DNA of 61,698 nt, counting the filler. It is 11 parts of 11 records of this genome, joined end to end, with 100 filler letters (N's around TTAATTAATTAA, not from the genome) between each part and the next. Parts side by side here need not be neighbours in the genome. Positions count along the whole stretch, not along the records: positions 1 to 8,255 come from SRR7504441_20338; positions 8,356 to 11,804 come from SRR7504441_20343; 9 more parts are not named here. The stretch is one strand, 5' to 3'. A program made the translations under genes and the position numbers. The notes beneath the pieces were generated by a model, which saw only the letters and a list, made by a program, of their open reading frames with translations, made no database searches and was not told where the DNA came from. Each line of letters opens with the position of its first letter. Position 1 is the stretch's first letter. Of the stretch, positions 1 to 11,904 are shown piece by piece.

Positions 1-381
1 AAAGGCAAGGGGAAGGGCAAAGGCAAGGGCGGGGTGCGCCGGCACGCGGACGGGACAATCAAACCGGTGATCACCGCACTGCCTGGGCGCCTCACTGCCT
101 GGGCGCAGGCCGAGCAGCGCGCAGCCGAGGAGGGGCAATTAGAGATCAGTGCAGTGCGTGCGCCACGGTGGGGCCGACCGACTGAAGAGGGGCGGCAGGC
201 GGCCGACGATGGGGTCCGGCCCAAGACGACGCGCGAGCAGATGGTTAGCAAGTTGACGAGGAACGCGCCGGACAAGGATGCGGTCGAGGGCATGGTAGGG
301 GCGCCAGGTGCGGCTCAAATGCTGAGTGTTCGCAGGTTGAGAAGCATGTACGGCACAAGGGCAACAAGACCCAAGTCGTGA
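1..381 (+). CDS. 3' end of a hypothetical basic protein (5'-partial)
   Basis: Open frame from base 1 (KGKGKGKGKGGVRRHADG...) to TGA at 381; no recognisable family. Confidence 0.35.
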   Translation, partial: KGKGKGKGKGGVRRHADGTIKPVITALPGRLTAWAQAEQRAAEEGQLEISAVRAPRWGRPTEEGRQAADDGVRPKTTREQMVSKLTRNAPDKDAVEGMVGAPGAAQMLSVRRLRSMYGTRATRPKS

Positions 382-748
382 CGGTGCTGCCACCCGCTGA
401 GCGCGCGGGCTGATATGCATCCGATTGTGTCAGATCACCCGGCGGCCTGACGCGGCACCGCCGAACATGAAGAATATTACGACGCGCGATCTGTTCCCAA
501 AGGAAATGAAACGCTGCTAAACCGACAGGACCCGGCTCACAGCCCACCGCGCGGGTCGGGGGCTTGGTGTTTCATACCTGGCTGCTACTTGCTTTGGGTG
601 GATCCTGAACTTCCTGAATTCCCGAGCTCGGGTACTGGATTGGTTTGCAGTAGACCTACCGTCAGCCTCATACTTTTATTACGATGTCGTTATTTTCTAT
701 TTACTTCTATGCTATAGTTTAATTTTGCGACTAGATGACTAACTGAAC

Positions 749-2094
749 TCATTGCCCCACGGCCCAGTAGGGAATATAACCTCTGCTCGCAGGCCTGAGT
801 TCATCACCATACATACTTGGTTGCTTTGGGCCAAAAGACTCTGGTCCAAACATATCCTTTGCCACAATCACCGAGCGCGTACCATATTGGGACAAGTCCC
901 ACCACGCCACCAGCTCGTTTAAGGTCATAACCCCTGCCAGCCAGCTCAGCTAGACTCTTCTAGTGGCGCCGACCTTCCTCCCGGTCACATGGATCGAGCT
1001 GGTACACCACCCGCCGGGCCTGTCGACACGCTCAGCCGGCCGAGCACACGCGACGCGCCTGCTCGATTGTCACTCGCAGGCCAACTTCGTGCATCCACTG
1101 CTGCACTTGTTGAGTCGAAGGAAGTTTCCAGCCTGCCACCTCCGTCAGCGGCTGGCTCAGCCCACCAGCCTACCGTCCCCGTCAGAGTAGTTAAAGAACC
1201 GATCATAAACCACAGTGAGCTTCTCCCGGGCATCGCTGCAGCCCAGCGCTCAGCAGCGCCACGTGTTTGCTCGTCACCCCGAAAACTGCTCGAGCTCAGG
1301 AGGGGCGTGCTGCTGCCATTTTTGCTCGAGAATCAACTGGGTTATTATCGCCTGCCTTGTTCATCGACAGTAGACGTTGATGAGCGGCGCTAAAGCTAGA
1401 CGAAGTCGAGAAGCCACCAAACCAAGCAATGGTTGATCCAGCTCATTCTATCAACCAGCTCGCGCATCGTGTGTTCCAAGAAGGCTCCCAGTTTGTCGTC
1501 GCTCAGGCGTTGCGGCTCACAACCGTCCCAATCAAGTTGGACTGCCGCCCCAGAGACGTACGCGCTCCAAACGCAACGTTCGTACTGACCGTAATTGGGC
1601 CCAATTACCGAGTCCACCTCCGCCCGCTGGTGCCACATCCGAGGGTTTACTAACCGGCGCACCTGGGCTGGATCGGGCCGGATCAGCGGGCTGAATCCGG
1701 CGGCAAGCAGCCTATTGTACAGCTTGGTAGCAACTCTCTCCGGGTGAAGCATCAGCTCCCTGTGAGAGACAAGGATTGGCTCACATCCTGCCCCCGCACT
1801 GGGATGCTGGTGTTCGGTCGGGCGGCCCGCCAGAGCATCCCAAGTGAGTTCAACTCCAGGCGGTTGAGGCCACAGCTCAGCAGCAGCAGCCCCGGGAGCA
1901 GCAGCAACGCTGGCCGGTGCGAGAGCCAGGCCCCGGTCCGGGCAGCGCACGCACGGCCCTGCCGCGCCCGTGCCCGCATCCAAGACTGCACTGCAGCTTG
2001 AGCTGACGGGGACCTGAACGCCTCAACGGCGGCCGGGCAGAAAGGAGGCGCGACCGAGGTTTGTGCCAGAGCCCAAGCCGCAGATAGCGAGAGC

Positions 2095-2096
<2 letters not shown>
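749..2096 (-). CDS. Spliced hypothetical protein: signal-like N-terminus, sulfotransferase-like segment, C-terminal EF-hand-like pair
   Basis: Manual splicing of ~8 short GT/GC-AG introns gives one frame: MLSLSAAWALAQTS...CEPILVSHRELMLHPERV...VYDRFFNYSDGDGWKL...VYQLDPCDREEGVMTLNELVAWWD...YWAVGQ*. Confidence 0.5.
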
Positions 2097-2985
<889 letters not shown>

Positions 2986-3093
2986 GAAACTGACTAGTGA
3001 TGGTGCTAAGGCGGCCAGCTTTCCCGCCATATACGTACTGTATGTACAAATACTAGTACAATCATTATCCTAACCTCGTGAGAAAAACCAGTT

Positions 3094-5721
3094 TTATTCC
3101 GAATCGGAGCTGCTGCCCGACCCACTATCAGAAGTCGATCCGCCATCGCCGTCCTCAGGCCCGGCCGAGCTCTCATTGGCCTGCTCCTCTCTAATGACTG
3201 CTAGCGCACATTTGAGCGCCGCCTCGAGCTCATCCGCGCCTAGACCGGTCTGCCGTTGATGCGCTCGGAGCAGCGCAGTGCACTCCTGCACGGCAACCAT
3301 ATCCCCGTCCTCACTCTTGTCCATCACCATCTTCGCAAATTTTCCACCGAGAGCGATCAATTCACTGTGCGAGCCGATTTCTGCGAGCGTGCCATTCTCT
3401 ATCACCGCAACTTTGTCACAATGCGCAATCGAAGACATGCGATGGGCAGCCACGAGCATGGTCTTGCCACGCATCACTCCCTGCAGCGCATTCTGCACCT
3501 CAAGCTCGCTCTCGCTGTCCAATGCGCTAGTGGCTTCGTCCAACAACAGCAACTCGGGCCGTCTAAGTAGTGCCCGCGCAATCGCCAGCCGCTGCTTCTG
3601 GCCGCCGGAAACCGACACGCCTCTCTCACCGAGGATGGTATCGTACCCCTGGGGCATGCCTAGGATGAACTGGTGCGCGTATGCTTGCTGTGCAGCCGTC
3701 TGGATGGCCTCGTCTGTGCAGAGCTGTGGCTGGCGTGCACCGAACAGAATGTTCTGCCGGACTGTGCCCGAGAAGAGGCAAGGCTCTTGGAGCACCACTG
3801 CAATCCGTTGGTGCAGCCACTGAGGGTCGATCAGGCTCATGCGCAGCCCGTCCAGCAGCACAGACCCGCCGGTGGGGTCCCAAAGCCGTGCAACCAGCGA
3901 TATGATTGAAGATTTACCGCAGCCCGAGGCCCCAACAAGGGCCAGGTGGGTCCCCACCGGTAGTTCTAGGTCCATCCCGTGCAGCACCAGCCGCTCAGGT
4001 CTCGACGGGTAGCTGAAATCGACCTGCTCGAGCCGGATGTGTCCCTCCAGCCCACACGGCTGCAGCCCACCCCGGTACGGCAGCAACGCAATCCGGTCAA
4101 AAACTTCGAATATCTTGTGGCTCGAACCCAACGCGCGGGCAAACTCCGGGACAGCTTCAAAGGTCTTCTGCAGGTTGTCGATTGCCTGGTTGGCCAGAAC
4201 CATGAACGAGACGAAGAAGGCTCGGCTGGCCTCATCGTGCTCGGCGCTCGCAATGCCATAGTAAAAGCAGCCGACAATCACACAGCAGAAGCCAGTGTCG
4301 GAAAGCCCTTCGAGCAGCGACTCGGCGAGCGCCTGACGAAGCTGCACCTTGTATGTGGCTTGCACCGCGTCGCTGTAGCTGGACTTGCTGTGCTCCTCTT
4401 TGCCAAAAGACTTGACAGTGTGCATGGACGACAACTGCTCCTGTGACACTCCATTCTGGACCGCTTGCTGCTCCTTGACCCGCCGCTCGAAGCGCTCAGT
4501 GACGTGTCCAGTAATAATCCCAACGGTCAGAGGCACCATCGTAATGCCTAGGAACACTGCGGCCAGTCGAGGGCCCTTGATGAACATATAGCAAAGTAGC
4601 ACCAACGACGTGACCAGTCCTTCAAACGCATCCGCGAGCTGGAAAGTGAGGCAACTCTGTACGTCGTTCACATTGTTGGAAAGAATCGACATTAGCTTCC
4701 CAGTCTTATGCGACTCAAAGTACTCAATGTCTTGCTCCACCATCACCTCGAACGTGAACCGTCGCAGCCTTGCGCCCAGCCTCGCCCCGGCTAGCTCTAG
4801 ACTCACCCCGCCCGCCGCGTCGAACAAGCCCATCAGCACGCTGGCCGCCGCGAACTCGGCGAGCACCACACTCGAGTCTTTGTCGGTGTACACCGCATCA
4901 ATCAGCTTCCCGTAAAGAACAGCCACCCAGAGCCGGCACATTGCATGCGAGGTAAAACCCGCGAGACCAGCCGCAATCACAGGCCAGTCCTTGGCCCCCA
5001 GCCGGAGCAGCCGCAGGACCTGAGACTGGCCGGGCCTCCGGGCCAGCATCCAGACGGTACAACAGACTGCCGAGAGCTCTGACCGCTGTCTCCTGACCAA
5101 GTGCACTGCCACCACTGCCAGCTGGACTGCACACAGCCCGATGGTGAGCCCTGTCCACGTGGCCCAGCCTTGGAGCAGCCAGTGCCGGACCAGCATCGCC
5201 CCGCACAGCCCGTCGGCCACCCACCAGCAGAGCACAGCCCGGGTCCGGGCCTGCGCCAGCCAGCTCTCCAGCAGCAGCACCGCCAGCACAACCCCACACC
5301 CGGCCGTGGCTATCGCCCGGTTCAACGACATTGCCGTAAACCGGTCCGGCTGCTGCTCGGCATGCCACAGCTCGGCGGCCCGGACTGCCGGACCGACCAG
5401 CCCCACGAGCAGGGAGAGCCGCCCTAGCCCCTTGCCCTCCAGCCGCTGAAGCTCCTCCGCCGCGCGCTGTGTGAGCTGTGCATAGGCCTCCGGGCTGCGC
5501 AGCGCGGCCAGCTCGGCGGCCGCGAGCGCCTGCGGGGGGTCCAACTGAAGATACCCGGCCGGTTTGGCGCGCCGGGCAGCTGAGGCAAGTCTGAGAAGAG
5601 CGGGCGCGAGCAGCAGCAGGCAAACCGCACGGACGGCCAGCGCCAGCAGCTCGGCGAAGCACGGCGACAGCCAGCCGTCCTCGATCGGCCCGAAAGACCC
5701 AGCTCCACACACGCCGACCAT
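3094..5721 (-). CDS. ABCB-family half transporter (N-terminal TM extension + TMD + NBD), intronless
   Basis: Walker A GASGCGKS, Q-loop VLQEP, signature VSGGQKQR, Walker B LLLLDEATSALD, H-loop AAHR. Confidence 0.95.
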   Translation of the reverse strand: MVGVCGAGSFGPIEDGWLSPCFAELLALAVRAVCLLLLAPALLRLASAARRAKPAGYLQLDPPQALAAAELAALRSPEAYAQLTQRAAEELQRLEGKGLGRLSLLVGLVGPAVRAAELWHAEQQPDRFTAMSLNRAIATAGCGVVLAVLLLESWLAQARTRAVLCWWVADGLCGAMLVRHWLLQGWATWTGLTIGLCAVQLAVVAVHLVRRQRSELSAVCCTVWMLARRPGQSQVLRLLRLGAKDWPVIAAGLAGFTSHAMCRLWVAVLYGKLIDAVYTDKDSSVVLAEFAAASVLMGLFDAAGGVSLELAGARLGARLRRFTFEVMVEQDIEYFESHKTGKLMSILSNNVNDVQSCLTFQLADAFEGLVTSLVLLCYMFIKGPRLAAVFLGITMVPLTVGIITGHVTERFERRVKEQQAVQNGVSQEQLSSMHTVKSFGKEEHSKSSYSDAVQATYKVQLRQALAESLLEGLSDTGFCCVIVGCFYYGIASAEHDEASRAFFVSFMVLANQAIDNLQKTFEAVPEFARALGSSHKIFEVFDRIALLPYRGGLQPCGLEGHIRLEQVDFSYPSRPERLVLHGMDLELPVGTHLALVGASGCGKSSIISLVARLWDPTGGSVLLDGLRMSLIDPQWLHQRIAVVLQEPCLFSGTVRQNILFGARQPQLCTDEAIQTAAQQAYAHQFILGMPQGYDTILGERGVSVSGGQKQRLAIARALLRRPELLLLDEATSALDSESELEVQNALQGVMRGKTMLVAAHRMSSIAHCDKVAVIENGTLAEIGSHSELIALGGKFAKMVMDKSEDGDMVAVQECTALLRAHQRQTGLGADELEAALKCALAVIREEQANESSAGPEDGDGGSTSDSGSGSSSDSE

Positions 5722-5833
5722 GGCGCCCGCGCCGCTGTGGATTTTTTTTCGGCCGGCGGGATCTCATAGCCCGGCGGACAGTGGGTACTGTGACGTACAG
5801 CTGTAATGTTAATGTTAGAAGAAGTCGAAGAAG

Positions 5834-8255
5834 ATGTCGGACCGGGTGTTTGACACGGTCGAGTTCGTCGAGTTCGCGGTGCGGCCGGAGCGCCGCTGGG
5901 CCGGAGCGCCGGCAGGTGGGCGATGCGCTCGAAGCCCGGGGCGGTGAGCTGGCCAAGTACCAGGGGCTTGGCCCACCGGACCTGTGCTGCCTGGAGAAAG
6001 TGTTTCGGCGGTCGGTGCCGCTGCTCTCGGGCGACGCGCTCCAGACCGGGTACTACCACTGGGTGGCCGGGGTGGATCTGGCCAGCCCGGCGGGAGTAGC
6101 GGGGTACTTTGGGGAGCTGGTCAGAAGGCAGGAGGACGAGAGCTTCACGCTGGGCGGGCGGTGGCACATCACCCGCGGGGTGTTTGCGGCCTGGTGCCCG
6201 CTCTCCAGGGTAGACCTCCGCGTAGAGCTCTCCATACCCGGCGGCATAGAGTCGTACGGGCTGGGGCCTGACGCACAGAAGCTGGAGGCCACAGAACATC
6301 TGTGGCAGGAGGTGTGAGAGCCTGCTCGCGAGCTGAGCCTGGCCGCAGGCACAGGTGGCCGGCGCGCTCAGGGCGCTGGGCCCGCCCCCGTTCAGCTCTA
6401 TGAAGCGGCTGCCGGTCCCGGTTTTGCTGTTTGACGAGCCAGAGCTGCTCAAATGCATCGCTAAGCGGTTCCTGGGCGGCCGTCCGTCGAACGACGTGCG
6501 GCTATCGGAGCAGTTCAGCCCAGAGCAGGTGCGGGAGGTGCGGAAGCTGCTGACAGACCACTTCTTTGACCATGGGCGATATAATCAAGCGGCGGCAATC
6601 TTCTCAGCTCTGGCACAGCTGGACGCTCTATTTGTTGTGCCGTTGGTCACTGCGCTCCGGAAGATTGACGCCGTGGACGATGCTAACGCGATCATCGCCA
6701 AGGCACTGGCCGAACACCCTACGCTGGTGGAGCTGCGGCTGATTCAGTCGGAGATGGCGCTCGATGCCGGACAGCTGCAGATTGCTCTGGAGTACTCGCG
6801 CGCAGCAGTGCAGATGGATACCAAGTGCTGCGACGGCTGGTTCAAGCTGGTCACAGTCTACCTCGCCGCCCGCAATTATGATTTGGTGCGCCCCTCGCGG
6901 CCGCAGCACACGGATTATATTTATATTATATTCGTGCAGGCACTGATTGCACTGAACGTGGTCCCCATGCAACCGGAGCCGCCCGCCCCCAAAGTGATCG
7001 GGGTGCCCGCGCGGCCTGGGCTGTCGTGACTGTCTGGTTCAGATCCCCAAGACTGCAGCAGGCCGGACGGAGCCTAAGATGAGGCTGAGAGCAGAGGCCT
7101 CCGAGGACCAATGGAGTGACGGGGAGGACGAGATGCAGCCCAGCGGGCTCAAACCGGAGCTGGATACGGTCGGAGAGCTGCCGGGCGCCGGGCTGAAGGG
7201 TGGGCGGGCTCGAGTGTCGGGCAAGCCGGGGGCAGGGTATGAGTTAGAGGCGTACGAAGTGCTGGTTAGTCTGTACCTCGCGCTTGGCTGGGACCAACTA
7301 CTGGCAGTGAGGTCTCAGGTGCTAGCCGAGCCGGACGCAGCCGGATGGCGGGTGCAGGTGTTCCTGATGCAAGAGGATATTGTGCCTGCGGGTGAGGGCT
7401 CGGATATAGAGGCAGCCCAGCCCGACCCAGGTGAGCACAGCTGCTGTGTCTGTTCTGTGATTGTGCTGCAGGCGAGCCAGCAAATACTATGGGATCAGGG
7501 GATGAGCTGAGGGACAGTCTGAGGGGCGGCGAGCGCATGGTTGGGAGTGGGAGTGGCAATGGGATGGCCCCAGATGATGCCGGGGATGCATCTGAACCTG
7601 CTGAGCTGCCTGCAGTGGCCTCCGGTGTGCAGTTGGCTCAGATACCCGAGTTTGCTGACCAGCTGAGCGCATCGGATTTGGCTCTAATGGAAGAGCTAAC
7701 GGACGAGGCGGCGCTGGAAGCTGCAGCTGCGATTATGCAACAGGTGCTTGACTGCGTACAATTCACAGTACTGAGCCACACTGCTGCCAGGCCCAGGCTG
7801 ACAATGATCAAGTGGAGGAACCCACGCCGCTCGAGCCGGAGCCAGCAGCACCAGCGTTGGAAGGGGACTCGCAAAAGAAGAAGGCGACGAAGAAGGCCAA
7901 GAAGAAGGCCAAGAAGAAGAATGCTTCCTCGTCTCCTCCTGCTCCTCATCCTCCTCCGGAAGCAGAGCTGGAGCCGGAGCCAGAGCCAGCAGAGCTAGCG
8001 CCTGATCCTGAGCCAGCAGAGCTGGAGCCGGATTCCGAGCCTGAGCCGGAGCCAGCAGAGCTTGAGCCTGAGCCTGAGCCTGAGCCGGAGTCAGCCGAGC
8101 TGGAGCTGGAAACTGGCACAGAGGGTACCAATGAAGGTGGCACCATAATAGAAGGCCAAATAGATGACACAGACGATGGCAAGGAGATTGTTGCGAACCT
8201 GGATCCGACCTTAATGCAACACACAGCATTTGCAGATGACCCGATGGAATCGAGG
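5834..8255 (+). CDS. ChAPs (Chs5p-Arf1p-binding, Bch1/Bud7-like) TPR cargo adaptor, spliced, 3'-partial
   Basis: GDALEAR...LGPPDL...YHWVAGVD...SRVDLRVELSIPGGIESY...LWQE; TPR helices; ALNVVPM; AYEVLVSLYLALGWDQLLAVRSQ|VFLMQE. Confidence 0.85.
7960..8110 (+). repeat. Coding low-complexity Glu/Pro repeat (AELEPEPEP)n
   Basis: Imperfect GAGCCGGAGCCAGCAGAG-type tandem units in the acidic region of the ChAPs protein. Confidence 0.8.
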
Positions 8256-8355
8256 NNNNNNNNNNNNNNNNNNNNNNNNNNNNNNNNNNNNNNNNNNNNT
8301 TAATTAATTAANNNNNNNNNNNNNNNNNNNNNNNNNNNNNNNNNNNNNNNNNNNN
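8256..8355. other. Artificial contig linker
   Basis: N44-TTAATTAATTAA-N44 (stops in six frames). Confidence 0.99.
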
Positions 8356-8939
8356 CGGCCAGGCGCGGCACTTCTCAGAGAGCGAGCTTACTCAGTGGCA
8401 CCAAGCTCGGGCGTCGAATCACGAGATGGTGAAGGCGGCGGGCCTGGACCTGAACAGGTGCTGGCCGGGCTGGTACGTCTCACGCGCGGGCAGGTTGCTC
8501 GAGGGGCTGCTCGAAGTGGACCCAGACGACTGGATCGAGGCTGGGCTGGACGGGGCGGAGAAATTTGTGAGCAACCACTGCACCTGGCACGGCTTGAGGA
8601 CGGTTGCAGGTTGATGCGATCGAAGCGCTTGTCGATGAGCACGGCCTGCCGGGCCAGCATTTGCCGCTTCACATTGATGGCAATACCACTCTGGCGGTGC
8701 CACGCTTGCCGCGCCTGCTGGGCTGAGAGCCGGCAGCTCGGCTCCTACGTGCCGGATCCAAAGCGCCATGGGCGGGCCATCGCGCAAGACCCGCTGGCAA
8801 CACGGGCGGAGACTGGCTTCATTTTAACGAATTGCCTCCGGTGCTGCTGCAAACACTGCTCAGGGCTGACTGAGGGTGCAGGCTCTATTACCAGACGATC
8901 CCGAGCGCATTCTGTATTATTGATCTATTGATCTGTTGA
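8356..8939 (+). CDS. Hypothetical protein, 5'-partial, 4 introns
   Basis: Splicing four 36-43 nt GT-AG introns gives one frame: ...HEMVKAAGLDLNRLLEGLLEVDPDDW...HGLPGQHLPLHIDG...LGSYVPDP... Confidence 0.55.
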
Positions 8940-9008
8940 TCCACCGCAACTCCATCAGCTGCGGACGGCGGGGCTTCCATCTCGCCTCACACCGTCCGTG
9001 CAGCTGCG

Positions 9009-10273
9009 ATGGCTCATCCGGCTGCCGCCGAAGCGCTCGACACGAGCAAGCTGGGGGACCCGGCGTTCTGGGCCGGGCTGAACCCGGAGCTGTCTGTCCA
9101 CGCCGACGACCTGCCCTCGGGCTTCGGCACTGCTGACCTCCCCCAATCCGCGGACCAGCTGGCTGGCCGGATGGCGCGCGATGGCTACTTCACCATCGAC
9201 GGCCTGCCATGGAAGGCGGACGTCAGCAAGCTGAGCGCTGGCGCCGCCGAGCTCAGATCGCGCGGGCTGCCTGCCAGCTTCCTACTGGCCTACTCCGAGC
9301 CTTGGTCGATGGCTTCTCAGGTGAGCCAGGTGCTGCTCGAAACCACCGGGAACAGAATGCTGTTTGATTGGTACTTTTTCCTGGTGGACCCGGCCCGCTC
9401 GCACCAGTCGACTGCGCTCAGCTCCGGCTGGAGCCCGCACAGGGACAGGAGTGCGGGCGGGGAGGAGAGCTTCCGGGCGGATGGCTCACCCAAGTACTGC
9501 ACTGTGTGGATAGCCCTGAGCGAGGCGACTGTGAGCAACAGCTGCATCAGTGTGGTGCCGAGAGGCTCGGATCCTGGGTACATCGCAGACGAGGAGGGAC
9601 AGCACCCGCTCTCTGCCATCTTCAGCAGGCCCGAGGCGCTCCAGGAAGTGAGGCCGTTGCCGAGGTGCAGGCCTTTAGTACTAAGTTAGTATTAATAACA
9701 TTAAGCTTAGTATTAGTATCGAGGTGCACCGCCGCCGGACTCACTAGGGGCAGGCCCGCTGGCGGCACCATCGTGTTCAGTCATCGGTTGATGCACTGGG
9801 GGACTAAGCCGGACCCGAACGTCACCGACCAGCCACCCAGAGTGGCGCTGTCGTTTGCCGCCGCAGCTGATGACTTCGAGGAGCCATATTTAGATAGGCG
9901 CTGGCTACCGTTGCCGCCGCTGCCGTTGAGGATCGGCCTAGTGTGCGGACAGCTGCTAGCCTATGCAATGACGGTGCAGCCGACTGCAGCGGCTACCAAC
10001 CTATACTTTAATACCTTTGTGCAAGTGGCGGGGGAGTTCAATCAGGCGTTCGTTTCCAAGGTTGTAGCAGCGACGCAATGGCTTGCGGGCACACTTAAGA
10101 TGCCTGCCGATCCGACTGCGGTCTGGTGCAGCCGTGCCGTGATAGATCAAAAGAGGGCGCCTGTTAGAATTACGAAACACGATGATGAGGACGACGAAGA
10201 CGACGATGACGACCCGGGCCTGGATATGGACTTAGCAGCGGGCGCAGACTTCTTAGATGCACTAGAAGACTGA
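9009..10273 (+). CDS. PhyH-like 2OG-Fe(II) dioxygenase, intron 9665-9753
   Basis: RDGYF, GWSPHRD (HxD), TVWIALSEATVSNSCISVVP, GGTIVFSHRLMHWG (distal His), RVALSF. Confidence 0.85.
9661..9728. mobile_element. 50-bp AT-rich hairpin insertion flanked by 9-bp direct repeat CGAGGTGCA
   Basis: Repeats at 9661-9669 and 9720-9728; insert has imperfect inverted arms TAGTACTAAG...CTTAGTATTA. Confidence 0.55.
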
Positions 10274-10344
10274 CATCCTGATTCGATTAGATGGTTTCAT
10301 GATCTGACACGCCCTTATGAATACATGTAATCTCTCTCTATGAT

Positions 10345-11804
10345 TTAAGTGATAGTTCCTATGGTCGCTATCCTAGGCCGAGCTGTTCTCCTCGATGGGT
10401 TTTGTGGCTTCGGCACGACCTTGATCAGCGAAGACGTGTACCCTATGGCATCGTCACTGCAACATGCGACGAAGCGGTTGTAGAGCTTATCTCGATTCAA
10501 CTTTCGACCGATGAACACTAGAACTGAGTGTCTAGGTGCGCCCGACCATTCTGAGCTAGGCTGTCCGTCAAAGATCATGTGCACACCTGCATCCACCAAT
10601 AGTCACTAAAGTATTCCGTGTCCGAGCAGCCAATTGCATGCGGCGCACCCTGAAACACGAACTTGCGAGGATCGTCCTTGACAGCAATGATGCCCTTGGC
10701 TGCATCAGATCCAAAGTTAGCTTCCTATCTAGAATGCAGCCCGGACCTCTAAAGATGTCGGGTCCGCTGTCCTGAAGGAGCTTCCCGAGCTCTCTGTTGA
10801 GTTTGGCGAGATCAAAGTCCGTTTCAAACTCCAAGCTGACTGTGTTGAACTGCGTATGCTTGTGCTCCGGCTGCCCACCCAGCAAGCCATTCGCCATTCT
10901 GCCGAGACGCGCTGCGTACCGTCACCCCCGCGAGCTCAATGGCTCTGAGTGGGTCGAAGGCTTCAAGAGAGAGGATCTTGTCGATATCGATGTTGGCGTT
11001 CTGACACCCTGCAGCCCCAACATGAACGATTGAGTCTGCAGCGGCGGACTGGTGAAGAGTGCTGTGGCGTTTATTGAAGAGCATCGCCGCTCAACAAGCT
11101 GCAGCTGCTCCGACTGCACAGCTTGAGCGCCGAACGCCTGCCGCCGGGCGCACCGTGACGAGATCAACTTTGTTGAGTAGAATGTGATCAGCAAATGCAA
11201 TCTGGCGCGCGCACTGGCCCAGCCCTCAGCCGCTGCCTGCACAGCCGATCTGACCTCCCCGCCCTCGTCATCCACGTGCAGCGCGACGTGCTTGGGGTCT
11301 ACCACGCACAGCACCTGCACCGTTGCTCATGACACCAGTGGGGCTCTTACACTATCCAGGCGGCATCGAGCTTTGATCTCGTCGTCCATGTAGAAGAGTT
11401 GAACCACGGGGGCTGGGTCGGCCAGCCCGGTCGTCTCTATCACCTGCGGACAGCTCGCGCCATGCTTGGCGCCGGGCTGAGGACGATGTGCTCGACCATG
11501 AACTGAGCGTCCTGCTTGAGCACGCTCTTTATCGTGAGCACTAAATCCTGTCGCACCTGGACATGAGATCAGCTGGGCCCGAACAGCCCGTCTGGCACCT
11601 TGCAGCAGACGCAGCCGTTGTTGAGCGTGATGATCTCCGCCGTGTCGTCCAGCGCCTGCACCAGCAGCCTGTTGTCCACTGGCACCTGCCGCAGCCGCTC
11701 TGCCGGGCTCCAGCCCGAACCCACCTCGCCAACTTCGTTCTCAATCACCAGGATATGCCGTCCCACTCTGTTCTGGAGTATCCTGTTCACCTGCACTGCC
11801 ATAT
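10345..11804 (-). CDS. cobW: CobW/COG0523 (ZNG1-like) G3E metallochaperone GTPase, spliced, 5'-partial
   Basis: LVIENEVGE, LNNGCVCC (GCxCC), IETTGLADPAP, VVDPKH, IAFADHILLNKVD, FRAKGII...FVFQGVHM, VFIGR. Confidence 0.93.
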
Positions 11805-11904
11805 NNNNNNNNNNNNNNNNNNNNNNNNNNNNNNNNNNNNNNNNNNNNTTAATTAATTAANNNNNNNNNNNNNNNNNNNNNNNNNNNNNNNNNNNNNNNN
11901 NNNN
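11805..11904. other. Artificial contig linker
   Basis: N-TTAATTAATTAA-N. Confidence 0.99.

Noticed and set aside
1-600. Retrotransposon end
   Set aside because: No RT, integrase or recombinase motifs, LTR or poly(A) visible
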